Virus record (IMG/VR): IMGVR_UViG_3300025362_000004
Coordinates: 32,001-96,000 of that record
DNA length: 64,000 nucleotides
DNA from: a virus
Strand: one strand, 5' to 3'
Shown: positions 39,036 to 47,924 of the stretch, piece after piece
How positions within the stretch are numbered: position 1 is the stretch's first letter
How the letters are laid out: every line of letters starts with the position of its first letter
Notes under the pieces: generated by a model
The model's input: the letters and a program-made list of their open reading frames with translations, nothing else
Databases searched by the model: none
What the model was told of the DNA's origin: nothing
Made by a program: the position numbers and the translations under genes

Positions 39036-39344
39036 ATGACATATAAGGAAAATAGATTGGCCGCGACTGCACTGCAGAGTGGCGCGACGATTACTATTCA
39101 AGGCTTTGGTAATTCAATGACACCTATTTTATCTTCTGGACAAAAAGTGCTAGTGGCACCTATTACAGAAGAAATAAAATTAAAGAAAAGGGACATTGTT
39201 TTATGTAAAGTTAGAGGTAATTATTATTTGCATTTAATAAGTGCAAGAAAAGGAAATCAATTCCAAATTAGTAATAATCATAAGCACGTGAATGGTTGGA
39301 TTACTATTAAGAACATATTTGGAGTAGTAACAGAAAGATTATAA
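39036..39344 (+). CDS. S24/S26 peptidase-like protein
   Basis: GNSMTPIL..G...DIVLCKV.G..YLH motif. Confidence 0.75.
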   Translation: MTYKENRLAATALQSGATITIQGFGNSMTPILSSGQKVLVAPITEEIKLKKRDIVLCKVRGNYYLHLISARKGNQFQISNNHKHVNGWITIKNIFGVVTERL

Positions 39345-39378
39345 TTCTTGATACACCGCGTGCGGCGATTCAAGCAAT

Positions 39379-39453
39379 GGGCGCGTAATTCAGCGGGAGA
39401 AATTCTGTTTTACAAGCAGAAAGTCGTAGGTTCAATCCCTACCGTGCCCACCA
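39379..39453 (+). tRNA. tRNA-Val(TAC)
   Basis: Loop TTTACAA. Confidence 0.9.
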
Positions 39454-39473
39454 TTAAAAAATCGGAGGTTAAT

Positions 39474-39725
39474 ATGATACATAAAAATATTGAGAACCAA
39501 AGAAGAATGAAAAAACAATGCAATAGTAAAGGACAAGAATATAATCCATTCTGTGCATGGTATAATGAAGATTTAGGTCGTTATACTAGAGACGATAAAT
39601 ATCGCATGAGAATAAAACGGTTTTTAAAAAAAGCGAGTAATAAAAAAATTAGAAACTATAAAGGAGAATTAAGCGAAGGCTGTAATCATAGAAAATTATT
39701 TGATTACTGGTGGGAGTTATTCTAG
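39474..39725 (+). CDS. Basic hypothetical protein (KK.SN..IR...G..RK.FD.WW family)
   Basis: GGAGG RBS; paralog at 45253. Confidence 0.8.
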   Translation: MIHKNIENQRRMKKQCNSKGQEYNPFCAWYNEDLGRYTRDDKYRMRIKRFLKKASNKKIRNYKGELSEGCNHRKLFDYWWELF

Positions 39726-39743
39726 ACCAGAAAGGAAAACAAC

Positions 39744-40397
39744 ATGATTACAAGATTAAAAGAAATAACAAAAGTATATACAGACCCTCATTTCGGGCAT
39801 GATAGATTAAGAATTTTGGCTAGACCAGAGTTTGAAAGTCTTGAACAAATGCACGAAACAATGATAAAGGAATATAATTCAGTAGTTAAAAATACTGATG
39901 TAGTTCTTTGGCTTGGAGACCTTGGATTTAGAGATGCAGTAAAAGAAATTTTACCACAACTTAAAGGTTATAAAATCCTTATTTTAGGTAACCACGATAA
40001 CTATTCAAAAACATTCTACGCAGAGTATTTTGATGAAGTTTATGACCACCCATTATACTACAATAGAAGAATAGTATTCTCTCATATTCCTATAATGGTA
40101 AGCCCAGGCATACTAAACGTGCATGGACATACACATAACATCGTATTAAAAAGTGACCAACATTATAACATATGCGGCGAAATTGTAGGATGGAAGCCAA
40201 TCAACATTAAGAAAATTGTTTTAATGATAGGTAAAATTCCTACTGAAAATATTCACTTTTTACAAGAGTGGTATGCAGAAATTCAAGTTCCTAATATGAC
40301 TTATGATAGCAACGATGATTTAGTGTTGCGTGAAGATGGAACTATTGATGCAGAAAAAACACTAATGGCAAAATATAAGAAAAGAGCAAGCAACTAA
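39744..40397 (+). CDS. Calcineurin-like phosphoesterase
   Basis: TDPHFGH, LGD, GNHD, SHIP and HGHTH motifs. Confidence 0.9.
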   Translation: MITRLKEITKVYTDPHFGHDRLRILARPEFESLEQMHETMIKEYNSVVKNTDVVLWLGDLGFRDAVKEILPQLKGYKILILGNHDNYSKTFYAEYFDEVYDHPLYYNRRIVFSHIPIMVSPGILNVHGHTHNIVLKSDQHYNICGEIVGWKPINIKKIVLMIGKIPTENIHFLQEWYAEIQVPNMTYDSNDDLVLREDGTIDAEKTLMAKYKKRASN

Positions 40398-40478
40398 AAT
40401 TTGATTTTTATTATAATTTGTGTTATAATTATAGTATATAAGAAATAAGAGCCTTTAAATAGGCAAGGAGAGTGTATT

Positions 40479-40673
40479 ATGGCAGATTTATTAAAACAAT
40501 CAAAACAGTATCGTGTTAATAGCGAGGCTGAAGTTGCAGACTTAATCGACTTAGCAAAAGATGAAAGTCAAGGAACTATTGAATTTAGTAGAAAACATAA
40601 AACCAAGAAGTCAAAAGGTGAAATAGTTGACGAATGGTGAGTTGTTGAAATAACTGAAAAGTTCGTAGAATAG
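40479..40673 (+). CDS. Small conserved phage protein (TGA=Trp at 40638)
   Basis: Promoter, AGGAG RBS; reads KKSKGEIVDEW(W)VVEITEKFVE then TAG TAG. Confidence 0.75.
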
Positions 40674-40756
40674 TAGAATTATAGATTTGAAATATATTGT
40701 AGTTTATGATATAATATATTATAAAGGTAAGAAATATATTTAAAAAGGAGACCTCA

Positions 40757-40951
40757 ATGAAGAAATCATTAAAAGTATTTGAAGTTCATATAAAGTTTAA
40801 ATATATGACAAATGATATAGGTACTGAAGTCGTGACAAAAGATGTCGTAGAGGTTGAATTCGCACAAACAAAACAAAAATTATTAAAAATGTTAAAGAAA
40901 AAATTTAGATATTCAACAATTTTAGAATTAGAAATTATAGAACTAATATAG
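40757..40951 (+). CDS. Hypothetical protein
   Basis: Promoter and RBS. Confidence 0.75.
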   Translation: MKKSLKVFEVHIKFKYMTNDIGTEVVTKDVVEVEFAQTKQKLLKMLKKKFRYSTILELEIIELI

Positions 40952-41078
40952 ATTTTAACTCCTGAGTATGAGTATAAACTATAGGGCGCCCGCAAGGGAT
41001 AATTGTGAGATAATAATAACCTCTGCCCCCGTTATCGGCTCACTCGACGTTGTAGGTTTTCGTTAAACCTTCTTAAAT

Positions 41079-41154
41079 GTCGGCGTGGTGAAGCGGTCAA
41101 CACATTGCCCTTTCAAGGCAACATGCACGGGTTCAAGTCCCGTCGTCGATACCA
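41079..41154 (+). tRNA. tRNA-Glu(TTC)
   Basis: Loop CTTTCAA. Confidence 0.9.
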
Positions 41155-41263
41155 AAAAGAAACTAAATGACTACTAGATAAATACTAGTTTTGAGCGGAA
41201 GCAAGAAGAATATAAATGTGCCTTAGACGTTAAGTGGGCTGTATTAAAGTCATTTACATATAT

Positions 41264-41340
41264 GCCGACTTAGCTCAGATGGCTAGAGCGCGTCACTTGT
41301 AATGACGATGTCGAGGGTTCAATTCCTTTAGTCGATACCA
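41264..41340 (+). tRNA. tRNA-Thr(TGT)
   Basis: Loop CTTGTAA. Confidence 0.88.
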
Positions 41341-41343
41341 AAT

Positions 41344-41418
41344 GCTCCTATGATGAAATCGGTATCATAATTGCCTTGTAAGCAATATTTCGGGGTTCAA
41401 ATCCTCGTGGGAGCACCA
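41344..41418 (+). tRNA. tRNA-Thr(TGT)
   Basis: Loop CTTGTAA. Confidence 0.85.
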
Positions 41419-41555
41419 TTAAAAAGAATAACTTTAGTTACGCCGCGTGCGGCGACTCAAGCATAGAATAAATATACCAAAATGGTTGCACAGATTTGAC
41501 TTCTTTATAAGATTGTGATATAATAAATTATAAAGATAAAAAAGAGGTGTTTATT

Positions 41556-42230
41556 ATGTTAGGTTTTATTTATATAATTAAAAATAATATAAACGATAAG
41601 GTTTATATCGGTAAGACTTATCTTGCTGTCGAAAAAAGATTTGAAGACCATAAAAAAGATTGTTTTAGAGAACGTAATTCTGAAAGACCAATTTACAAAG
41701 CAATGAAAAAGTATGGTTTAGAAAATTTTTCAATATCAAAAATCGGAGAATATGAAGAAGGACTACTAGAAGAAAAAGAAATAGATTTCATAAAAAAATA
41801 TAATTCTTATATTGGCTTCGACAATTCCCAAGGTTATAACGCAACACTAGGTGGAGACGGAAGAAGATATCTCAACTTATCTGAAGAAGAAGTTATAGCA
41901 AAATATAAAGAGTTAAAATTTGTTAATAAAACCGCAGATTATTTTAATTGTTCTTATGACTCAATAAGAATAATACTGGACAACAATAATGTAGAAATTA
42001 AAAAATATACTGAAATTGGTTTAGGTGGTCAATTCAAGAAAGAAAAAGTTACAATGATGGACAATAAAGGAAAATTTCTTTATTTTGATTCAGTAATTGA
42101 TGCCGCAAAATATTTAGTAGATAATGAGATTGCTAAATGTAAAGTTAATTCTGCTAGAGTTAGCATAGGAAGAGCAATATCAGGTTTAAGAAAAACATAT
42201 CTAGGTTTTCATTGGTCAAAAGGCCAATAA
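41556..42230 (+). CDS. GIY-YIG homing endonuclease
   Basis: FIYIIKN...YIGKT...E...I...GYNATLGG. Confidence 0.9.
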   Translation: MLGFIYIIKNNINDKVYIGKTYLAVEKRFEDHKKDCFRERNSERPIYKAMKKYGLENFSISKIGEYEEGLLEEKEIDFIKKYNSYIGFDNSQGYNATLGGDGRRYLNLSEEEVIAKYKELKFVNKTADYFNCSYDSIRIILDNNNVEIKKYTEIGLGGQFKKEKVTMMDNKGKFLYFDSVIDAAKYLVDNEIAKCKVNSARVSIGRAISGLRKTYLGFHWSKGQ

Positions 42231-42233
42231 TAC

Positions 42234-42312
42234 AGTGGAGTAGAGCAGTGGTCAGCTCGTCAGGTTCATACCCTGGAGGTCGCGTTTGGTTCGAATCCCG
42301 CCTCCACAACCA
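42234..42312 (+). tRNA. tRNA-Met(CAT), initiator-like
   Basis: 1:72 mismatch, loop TTCATAC. Confidence 0.8.
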
Positions 42313-42328
42313 AAGAAAATAAAACATT

Positions 42329-42378
42329 AGAGCCTATACTTACTTCAAATACATTCAGCGTAGATTAGTTAGGCCTCT
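42329..42378 (+). ncRNA. Y-RNA-like unit 1 (5' leader of the TerD-domain gene)
   Basis: AGAGCCTATACTTACTTCAAAT ... AGTTAGGC bulged stem. Confidence 0.7.
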
Positions 42379-42399
42379 AAAAAAAAGGAGATGTTTTAA

Positions 42400-44364
42400 A
42401 TGAAAGAAAAGATTTTAATAAGACGTAATTATTTTTTAGGTAATACAAGTTATGAAGATAGCAATTACCGTAGATATTACGCAGCACAATTACTAAACAA
42501 GTTTGGTATCCTAGTTGATAGACCAAGCATGGTAACACGTAGACACGTGGAATTGACTAGTGAATTGTTTGGAGTTAATATTCCAAAGAGTTTTTATAGT
42601 AATCCACAAGATATGAGATATTTCACTTGTAGTGAATTACTTGTTGAACAAGTAATTTCATATTTTAACATTGAGTTTGTTACAGGCGTAAGTTCTGACG
42701 ATGAAAGTTCTTTTGATAGAATAGAAATCTTTAGAAAAGCCCTACCAAATTATAGAGAAGGCGATGAAGTTGTTTTTAGAAACTTTAGAATCCTTACTGA
42801 TAATGAAGCAAGTCCAATATTAGAAGAAGTTTATAGTAACTTAGCAAGTTATACAAGAAAATGGAATGAAACTGAAAATGAAGAATTTGTTTGGTTATTC
42901 AATAACCATGTCGCGAATGACACAAGAATAAAAAGCAAGGACAATGCTATTGCAATGTTCAACGCTTATCCATGCCGTTTATTTGGTCATTCATTAGACC
43001 AAAAAGATGTTGTAAAATTAAGCGTTGAAATGATTGGTAGAGAAGAAAAACACTTTTCTTATACTCCTGAACAAAAGCAAAAACTTGGCTATGCTTTAGA
43101 ATCTTGCTATAGTGTTCCATTGACAAATAAACAAGCAAAATACTTTAATACTATTTCTAGAAAATTAGGATATAAAAGCAATGAAACAAACGACCGTAGT
43201 CCATATAAAATGGCAACAGAGTATATGAATAAGGGTAGAGTTGTTGATGCTGCAAGAATTTTTGCAAGAAATGGTTCTTTGCTTGAAAGAAACTTAATAT
43301 GGTTACTTTCAAGAGCTGATATGCAAGAAGCACAAGAAATCATGAAGTTCGTTAAAATCAAGAATCCAATTGTTGGTATTCAATTCTTCAATGGCTTAAT
43401 TGCTCAAGGAGAAAACAATGGGAGTAGAACCTTCAAATTCTACAAAAATAGATTGATTAGACAACACATTGAAACAGACGTAGAAGCAAGATACAGAAAA
43501 TCTGTTCTATCTTTAGGTATGAAAAAATACTTAAAGAAAGTAATGAATGAAAAAATTGATGAATATTACAAGAATTTACCAAGTCTTGGAAAAGTATATG
43601 TTGATGATGAATTTGAAAATATTGGTTTACCAATGAATACAAGTGCATCTGGAACAGGAATTGATGTATTACCAGTAGGTAGTAGATTAATGATTACTGA
43701 AGATTACATCAGAACATTCTGTTATTGGAACGGACCAAGAGATATTGATACAAGTGTAATTTTCATACATAGAGATGGTCATCAAGCTACATTCTATTGG
43801 GGAAATTATTACGCAAAACCATTTGGACGTAGCGCACTATATTCTGGCGATGACAGAAGTAAAAACGGTGCAGAATATGGAGACTTTAAAATTAGTGAAC
43901 TTAAAGCATTAGGTTATACACACGCTATTTATACACTAAATGGTTATAGTGATAATCTTGACGTTGGGGAAATTTATTGTGGTTATCAAAATAAAAAAGA
44001 CCTACACACACAAGCTTGGGATGCTAAGAATATTCAAATGAAAATTAAAGTTCATGGAGATAGTAGAAGTTATGCTGGATTCGCTATTGATTTTGAGACA
44101 AGAGAAATCATTGTTTTAAATCAAATGGTAGACAGTAAAAATCGTGTCGTTAATCCCGAAACATTAAAATCATTTGAACCATATTTAAAATCTAATTTCT
44201 TAGATACATTTAATGTTGCTAGAATCGCAAGATTAAGAGGAGAAGTTGTAACAGACCCATCTAAAGCAGATTATGTATTTAGTAGAGATTATTTTGAAAA
44301 TATAAAAGGTCAAAAAGTTATCAGACCATCTGATATCGAAAAGATTGTTAAGTTATTAAATTAA
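42400..44364 (+). CDS. Large alpha-helical protein with C-terminal TerD-like domain (Ro/TROVE-like candidate)
   Basis: RTFCYW..PRDIDTS...YSGD.....GAEYGDF TerD-like motifs; helical N-terminus with RNGSLLERNLIWLLSR. Confidence 0.7.
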   Translation: MKEKILIRRNYFLGNTSYEDSNYRRYYAAQLLNKFGILVDRPSMVTRRHVELTSELFGVNIPKSFYSNPQDMRYFTCSELLVEQVISYFNIEFVTGVSSDDESSFDRIEIFRKALPNYREGDEVVFRNFRILTDNEASPILEEVYSNLASYTRKWNETENEEFVWLFNNHVANDTRIKSKDNAIAMFNAYPCRLFGHSLDQKDVVKLSVEMIGREEKHFSYTPEQKQKLGYALESCYSVPLTNKQAKYFNTISRKLGYKSNETNDRSPYKMATEYMNKGRVVDAARIFARNGSLLERNLIWLLSRADMQEAQEIMKFVKIKNPIVGIQFFNGLIAQGENNGSRTFKFYKNRLIRQHIETDVEARYRKSVLSLGMKKYLKKVMNEKIDEYYKNLPSLGKVYVDDEFENIGLPMNTSASGTGIDVLPVGSRLMITEDYIRTFCYWNGPRDIDTSVIFIHRDGHQATFYWGNYYAKPFGRSALYSGDDRSKNGAEYGDFKISELKALGYTHAIYTLNGYSDNLDVGEIYCGYQNKKDLHTQAWDAKNIQMKIKVHGDSRSYAGFAIDFETREIIVLNQMVDSKNRVVNPETLKSFEPYLKSNFLDTFNVARIARLRGEVVTDPSKADYVFSRDYFENIKGQKVIRPSDIEKIVKLLN

Positions 44365-44372
44365 AATTATAT

Positions 44373-44737
44373 AGAGCCGATGCTTACTTCAAATTTCACA
44401 GGCCTTTAAAGCCTGTACCATACAATTCTAGCTCGGCCTTATAGTAAAAATAATAAAATAGAACCAATGCTTACTTCAAATTTAATCTAATCCGCTGATG
44501 AGGTTCGAATCCTCCTAGTCGTCTAATGGTAAGACCGCGGACTCTAAAAGACAGCTTGGTCATAATTAAAAAATAAATAGAACCGAAACTTACTTCAAAT
44601 GGATATTACAGGTTCGATTCCTGTATTAGGTCCCGAAAGGGTTGCCTGATATATAAAATAGTTCGGTCAAAAATAAAAATAAATAAATTAGAGCCTAAGC
44701 TTACTTCTAAAACAATTCGATGTTAATTAGCTAGGCC
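44373..44737 (+). ncRNA. Four tandem Y-RNA-like units (44373-44438, 44460-44561, 44579-44668, 44690-44737)
   Basis: Conserved AGARCCNANRCTTACTTC 5' arm and complementary AGYTNGGYC 3' arm with compensatory changes; variable inserts, two with tRNA T arms. Confidence 0.8.
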
Positions 44738-44837
44738 ATCTTAAAAAGAAGACTTCAGTTACGCCGCGTGCGGCGACCTAAGCCTTGAATAAAAAGTCGC
44801 GGCGACTTGGCTTTAATAAAAGCCTAAAACCGCATTT

Positions 44838-44913
44838 GGTCCTAAAGTGTTAATGGTGTGCATGGTAGCTTGTCAAGCTATAGGGGCGGGATCGAAACCC
44901 GCTAGGACCGCCA
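44838..44913 (+). tRNA. tRNA-Asp(GTC)
   Basis: Loop TTGTCAA. Confidence 0.88.
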
Positions 44914-44987
44914 ATAAAATATGTAATTTGAAAATATAGAGTGTCATATAAATCCTCTAGTTTTATGAATTATAAGAGAGGTGTAAT

Positions 44988-45185
44988 ATGAACGGTATAG
45001 TAAAATGGTTTAATGCTGAAAAGGGTTATGGATTTATTACTGATGAAGATGGAAATGATGTGTTCGCACATTTTAGTCAAATTCAAATTGATGGATACAG
45101 AACTTTAGAAGCAGAACAAGCAGTAACATTCGACGTAGCTGAAGGTCAACGTGGCCCACAAGCAGAAAACATTGAATTAGTATAA
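44988..45185 (+). CDS. cspA: Cold-shock protein
   Basis: [22 protein letters not shown] and GPQA motifs. Confidence 0.95.
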   Translation: MNGIVKWFNAEKGYGFITDEDGNDVFAHFSQIQIDGYRTLEAEQAVTFDVAEGQRGPQAENIELV

Positions 45186-45252
45186 TCTAAAAAGAGGTGT
45201 AGTAAATGAGGAAATTAAGTATCTTCTAAGGTTTTAATTAGAGGTGAAAGAA

Positions 45253-45495
45253 ATGATTAATGGACACAAAGAAACACAAAAAAGATTAAAAAAGGAATAT
45301 AATAATTATTGGAAAAGCCAAGTTTCTTATAGAAAAGATGGCGATTATTATGTTGAATGCGGTAGTAATTATCCTAAAAGGACTAAAAAAAGTTTAAAAA
45401 AGTTTAGTAATAGACGTATTAGACAATGTAAAAGAGATTTAGATGACGGTAATTATTATCGAAAAGTAGTAGATATGTGGTGGATTATATATTAG
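45253..45495 (+). CDS. Basic hypothetical protein, paralog of the 39474 ORF
   Basis: KKFSNRRIR...GNYYRKVVDMWW. Confidence 0.8.
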   Translation: MINGHKETQKRLKKEYNNYWKSQVSYRKDGDYYVECGSNYPKRTKKSLKKFSNRRIRQCKRDLDDGNYYRKVVDMWWIIY

Positions 45496-45507
45496 TTCAC
45501 TACCCAT

Positions 45508-45584
45508 TGGAGTGTAGCTCAGAAGGATAGAGCGCACGCCTGATAAGCGTGAGGTCGAGGGTTCAATTCCCTCTTCTCCAACCA
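45508..45584 (+). tRNA. tRNA-Ile(GAT)
   Basis: Loop CTGATAA. Confidence 0.9.
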
Positions 45585-45587
45585 AAC

Positions 45588-45979
45588 GGGGCTGTTTATG
45601 GATTCGACAGGGTAAAAACGGATACGATTAGCATAGGTTCGATGGAACTAAAACACACGATAAAACAATCGGAAACTTATTTAACACAGTTATTTCTTGG
45701 GTAAAGGGTTTATTCTCTCCAAGAGTAGCACTTTCAGTCTAAGAAGAGACAGAACGAATTTATAACTATTACCTATAAGTTATAATTTCGCCAGAATATA
45801 GGATACGACTACTGACTAATACAAAGTGGTAAGAGATAAATTGTATTGAACGATTCGTAATAAAGTTTGTATGTAGTAAAAAGCGAAAAGTTCTAAAACC
45901 CTCTAAAAACATACTAACTATGTAGAATATGGTATCACGAATATCGTGGACAGGGGTTCAAATCCCCTCAGCTCCACCA
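45588..45979 (+). ncRNA. ssrA: tmRNA; predicted tag (A)GNLFNTVISWVKGLFSPRVALSV (45671-45742)
   Basis: GGGGCTG..GGATTCGAC 5' end; GAC.GGGGTTCAAATCCCCTCAGCTCCACCA 3' end. Confidence 0.95.
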
Positions 45980-45997
45980 AAAAAGGAAAGAAGGAAT

Positions 45998-46372
45998 ATG
46001 ATAATGATAAGAAAATTAATTTTAGGTAATACAGGCTCTGGAAAAACTACAGAATTATGCAAGATAGCCGCAAAAGGTTTGCTTGATGGTGAAAATATAC
46101 TTTTTATAAAAGATGGTGAAAGTAAAGACTTCTTAGTTAATAGAGTATTACATTTCGTTGCGCCTGCTTTAGGTTTTAGTTCTAAATTACAAATAAAAGG
46201 CACAGTTTTATTCATAAATAAAAATGAACTAAATGGTATTAGAGGAATGGCTTTTGATACTATATTATTTGATAATTATGAACGACAAGACATATTTAAT
46301 ATCCCTGCAAAAATAGGAATATTTACTCAACAAATGAATAATACAGAATACGCAACAACAGTAATATTATAA
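45998..46372 (+). CDS. Small P-loop NTPase-like protein
   Basis: GNTGSGKT Walker A and ILFD. Confidence 0.7.
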   Translation: MIMIRKLILGNTGSGKTTELCKIAAKGLLDGENILFIKDGESKDFLVNRVLHFVAPALGFSSKLQIKGTVLFINKNELNGIRGMAFDTILFDNYERQDIFNIPAKIGIFTQQMNNTEYATTVIL

Positions 46373-46383
46373 AGGAGAGCATT

Positions 46384-46584
46384 ATGGCAAAGATATTTTT
46401 TAAACAACCAAAAGCAAAGAAGATTAGAGGCGGATATATAAAACCAAAAGGTTTGACTTATAGCCGCGAACCATTTATCAAAAAAGTATTTGGGGAAGTG
46501 CGAGAATTCGCAAATCGTCAAGAATACAAAGCTTTCTATAGACGTAACAGAAGAAATAGAAAACTAGGGATTGAAATAGTATAA
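46384..46584 (+). CDS. Small basic protein
   Basis: AGGAG RBS. Confidence 0.75.
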   Translation: MAKIFFKQPKAKKIRGGYIKPKGLTYSREPFIKKVFGEVREFANRQEYKAFYRRNRRNRKLGIEIV

Positions 46585-46955
46585 TGATACTAAGAGATGT
46601 TTTAGATGAAGCAAAAGAGGGAGATTATTTCGTATTAGACGCAGAATTGCCAGGCGATATTATCAACCAATTAGATGAAATTGAGTTAGATTACAATGAA
46701 AAATACACTTGTTGCTCAGGCGATAAAGATAAAGTATTTGATTATTGTGGCGACGAAGACCTATTAGAAGAAGAAGTTACTGGTTATAATAAAAGTGGTA
46801 ACAGAATTTATATCACAATAGGAGAGTTTGGTTCATACGAAATCTATGAACATTATTTAGAAATCGTAGCAACAAAAGTTATGAATTACGAGCAATGGCT
46901 TGATGATTATAAAGACGCATTTAAAGAATTAGAAGATTTACAGAAATACAGATAA
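46584..46955 (+). CDS. Acidic hypothetical protein
   Basis: Coupled ORF. Confidence 0.75.
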   Translation: MILRDVLDEAKEGDYFVLDAELPGDIINQLDEIELDYNEKYTCCSGDKDKVFDYCGDEDLLEEEVTGYNKSGNRIYITIGEFGSYEIYEHYLEIVATKVMNYEQWLDDYKDAFKELEDLQKYR

Positions 46956-47247
46956 AGAAATTGACCTAACGCACTAAGGTGAGGAAAGTCCGAACTACTA
47001 TATCGCTTAACGCCGTATCTCTAATAAAGTATGGCAGGTATGGAACAGAGACGAGTAAATTTATTTGGCTTATTATTATATTATTTTACACCGAGTATAA
47101 CGGGTAGAATATTATACATGTGATTGTTACGACGTAAGCAAATAAATGGATATGAAACGGCTGTATCTGGCGAGGTAGCAAGTCAAACTATGGTAGACGC
47201 AAATAGGTAGATGTTAGGATAAAACAGAATTCGGCTTACTAATTTTT
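46955..47247 (+). ncRNA. rnpB: RNase P RNA (compact)
   Basis: GAGGAAAGTCCGAAC (46981), ACAGAGACGA, GAAACGGC, AGCAAG, AGATG and AACAGAATTCGGCTTA conserved regions. Confidence 0.92.
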
Positions 47248-47279
47248 TTACTTCTGAAATAAAATACAAAGGAGAATAT

Positions 47280-47474
47280 ATGTTAGCAATATTTTTAGTA
47301 ATGGCGCCTTTATTGGCATCAGCATTAACAATTTTAGCAATAACAATTGGAGCGGCGATATTGTTTTATATAATGTATCATACATTCCATGGAGATTTAC
47401 CATTTATAATGAAAACCGTAATAGTAATTTTACTAATAATTGGTTTTACATTATTAGGAATAGCAATTTTATAG
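47280..47474 (+). CDS. Small two-helix membrane protein
   Basis: AGGAG RBS; hydrophobic. Confidence 0.75.
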   Translation: MLAIFLVMAPLLASALTILAITIGAAILFYIMYHTFHGDLPFIMKTVIVILLIIGFTLLGIAIL

Positions 47475-47539
47475 GGTTGAGGTTAGAACCGCCGCAGAAA
47501 CTATCCCTTTCAAAAAAAAGTTTTAACAGCGGCACCAAT

Positions 47540-47614
47540 GAAAATATAGTGTAATGGTTAGCACACTGAGTTCCGAACTCAGGAGTAGGGGTTCAATTCC
47601 CCTTAGTTTCACCA
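47540..47614 (+). tRNA. tRNA-Arg(CCG)
   Basis: Loop TTCCGAA. Confidence 0.78.
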
Positions 47615-47616
47615 AT

Positions 47617-47709
47617 GGGACGGTGTATGGGCTACAAGAGGTCACGAGTCAACAATGTAAACTGATTGGCTTAACGTCGGAGCGGGTTCAATTCCCCTTC
47701 GTTCCACCA
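47617..47709 (+). ncRNA. Atypical tRNA-like RNA: Ala-type acceptor, elongated arm with GTA loop
   Basis: GGG/TCC-ACCA with G3-U70; T loop; no canonical D arm. Confidence 0.5.
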
Positions 47710-47714
47710 AATAA

Positions 47715-47924
47715 TATGAAGAGAGCGTACGACATAATTGCGTCAGGGTCTTCTCGAAGGTTCAATTCCTTCCTTCATAACCATATTACGAAGAGCGAGT
47801 GCGACATAATTGCGCCAGAGCTAATTGGAGGTTAAATCCCTCTCTTCGTAACCATGCTGAGGAGAGTGTGCGACATAATTGCGCCAGAGTCTAATTGAGG
47901 GTACGATGCCCTCCCTCATCACCA
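47715..47924 (+). ncRNA. Three tandem D-armless tRNA mimics (47715-47783, 47787-47854, 47856-47924)
   Basis: Each has a 7-bp acceptor stem, invariant CGACATAATTGCG hairpin, T-like arm and ACCA end. Confidence 0.8.

Noticed and set aside
44495-44520. Hammerhead ribozyme core CTGATGA
   Set aside because: No GAAA after the stem; the hairpin is a tRNA T arm
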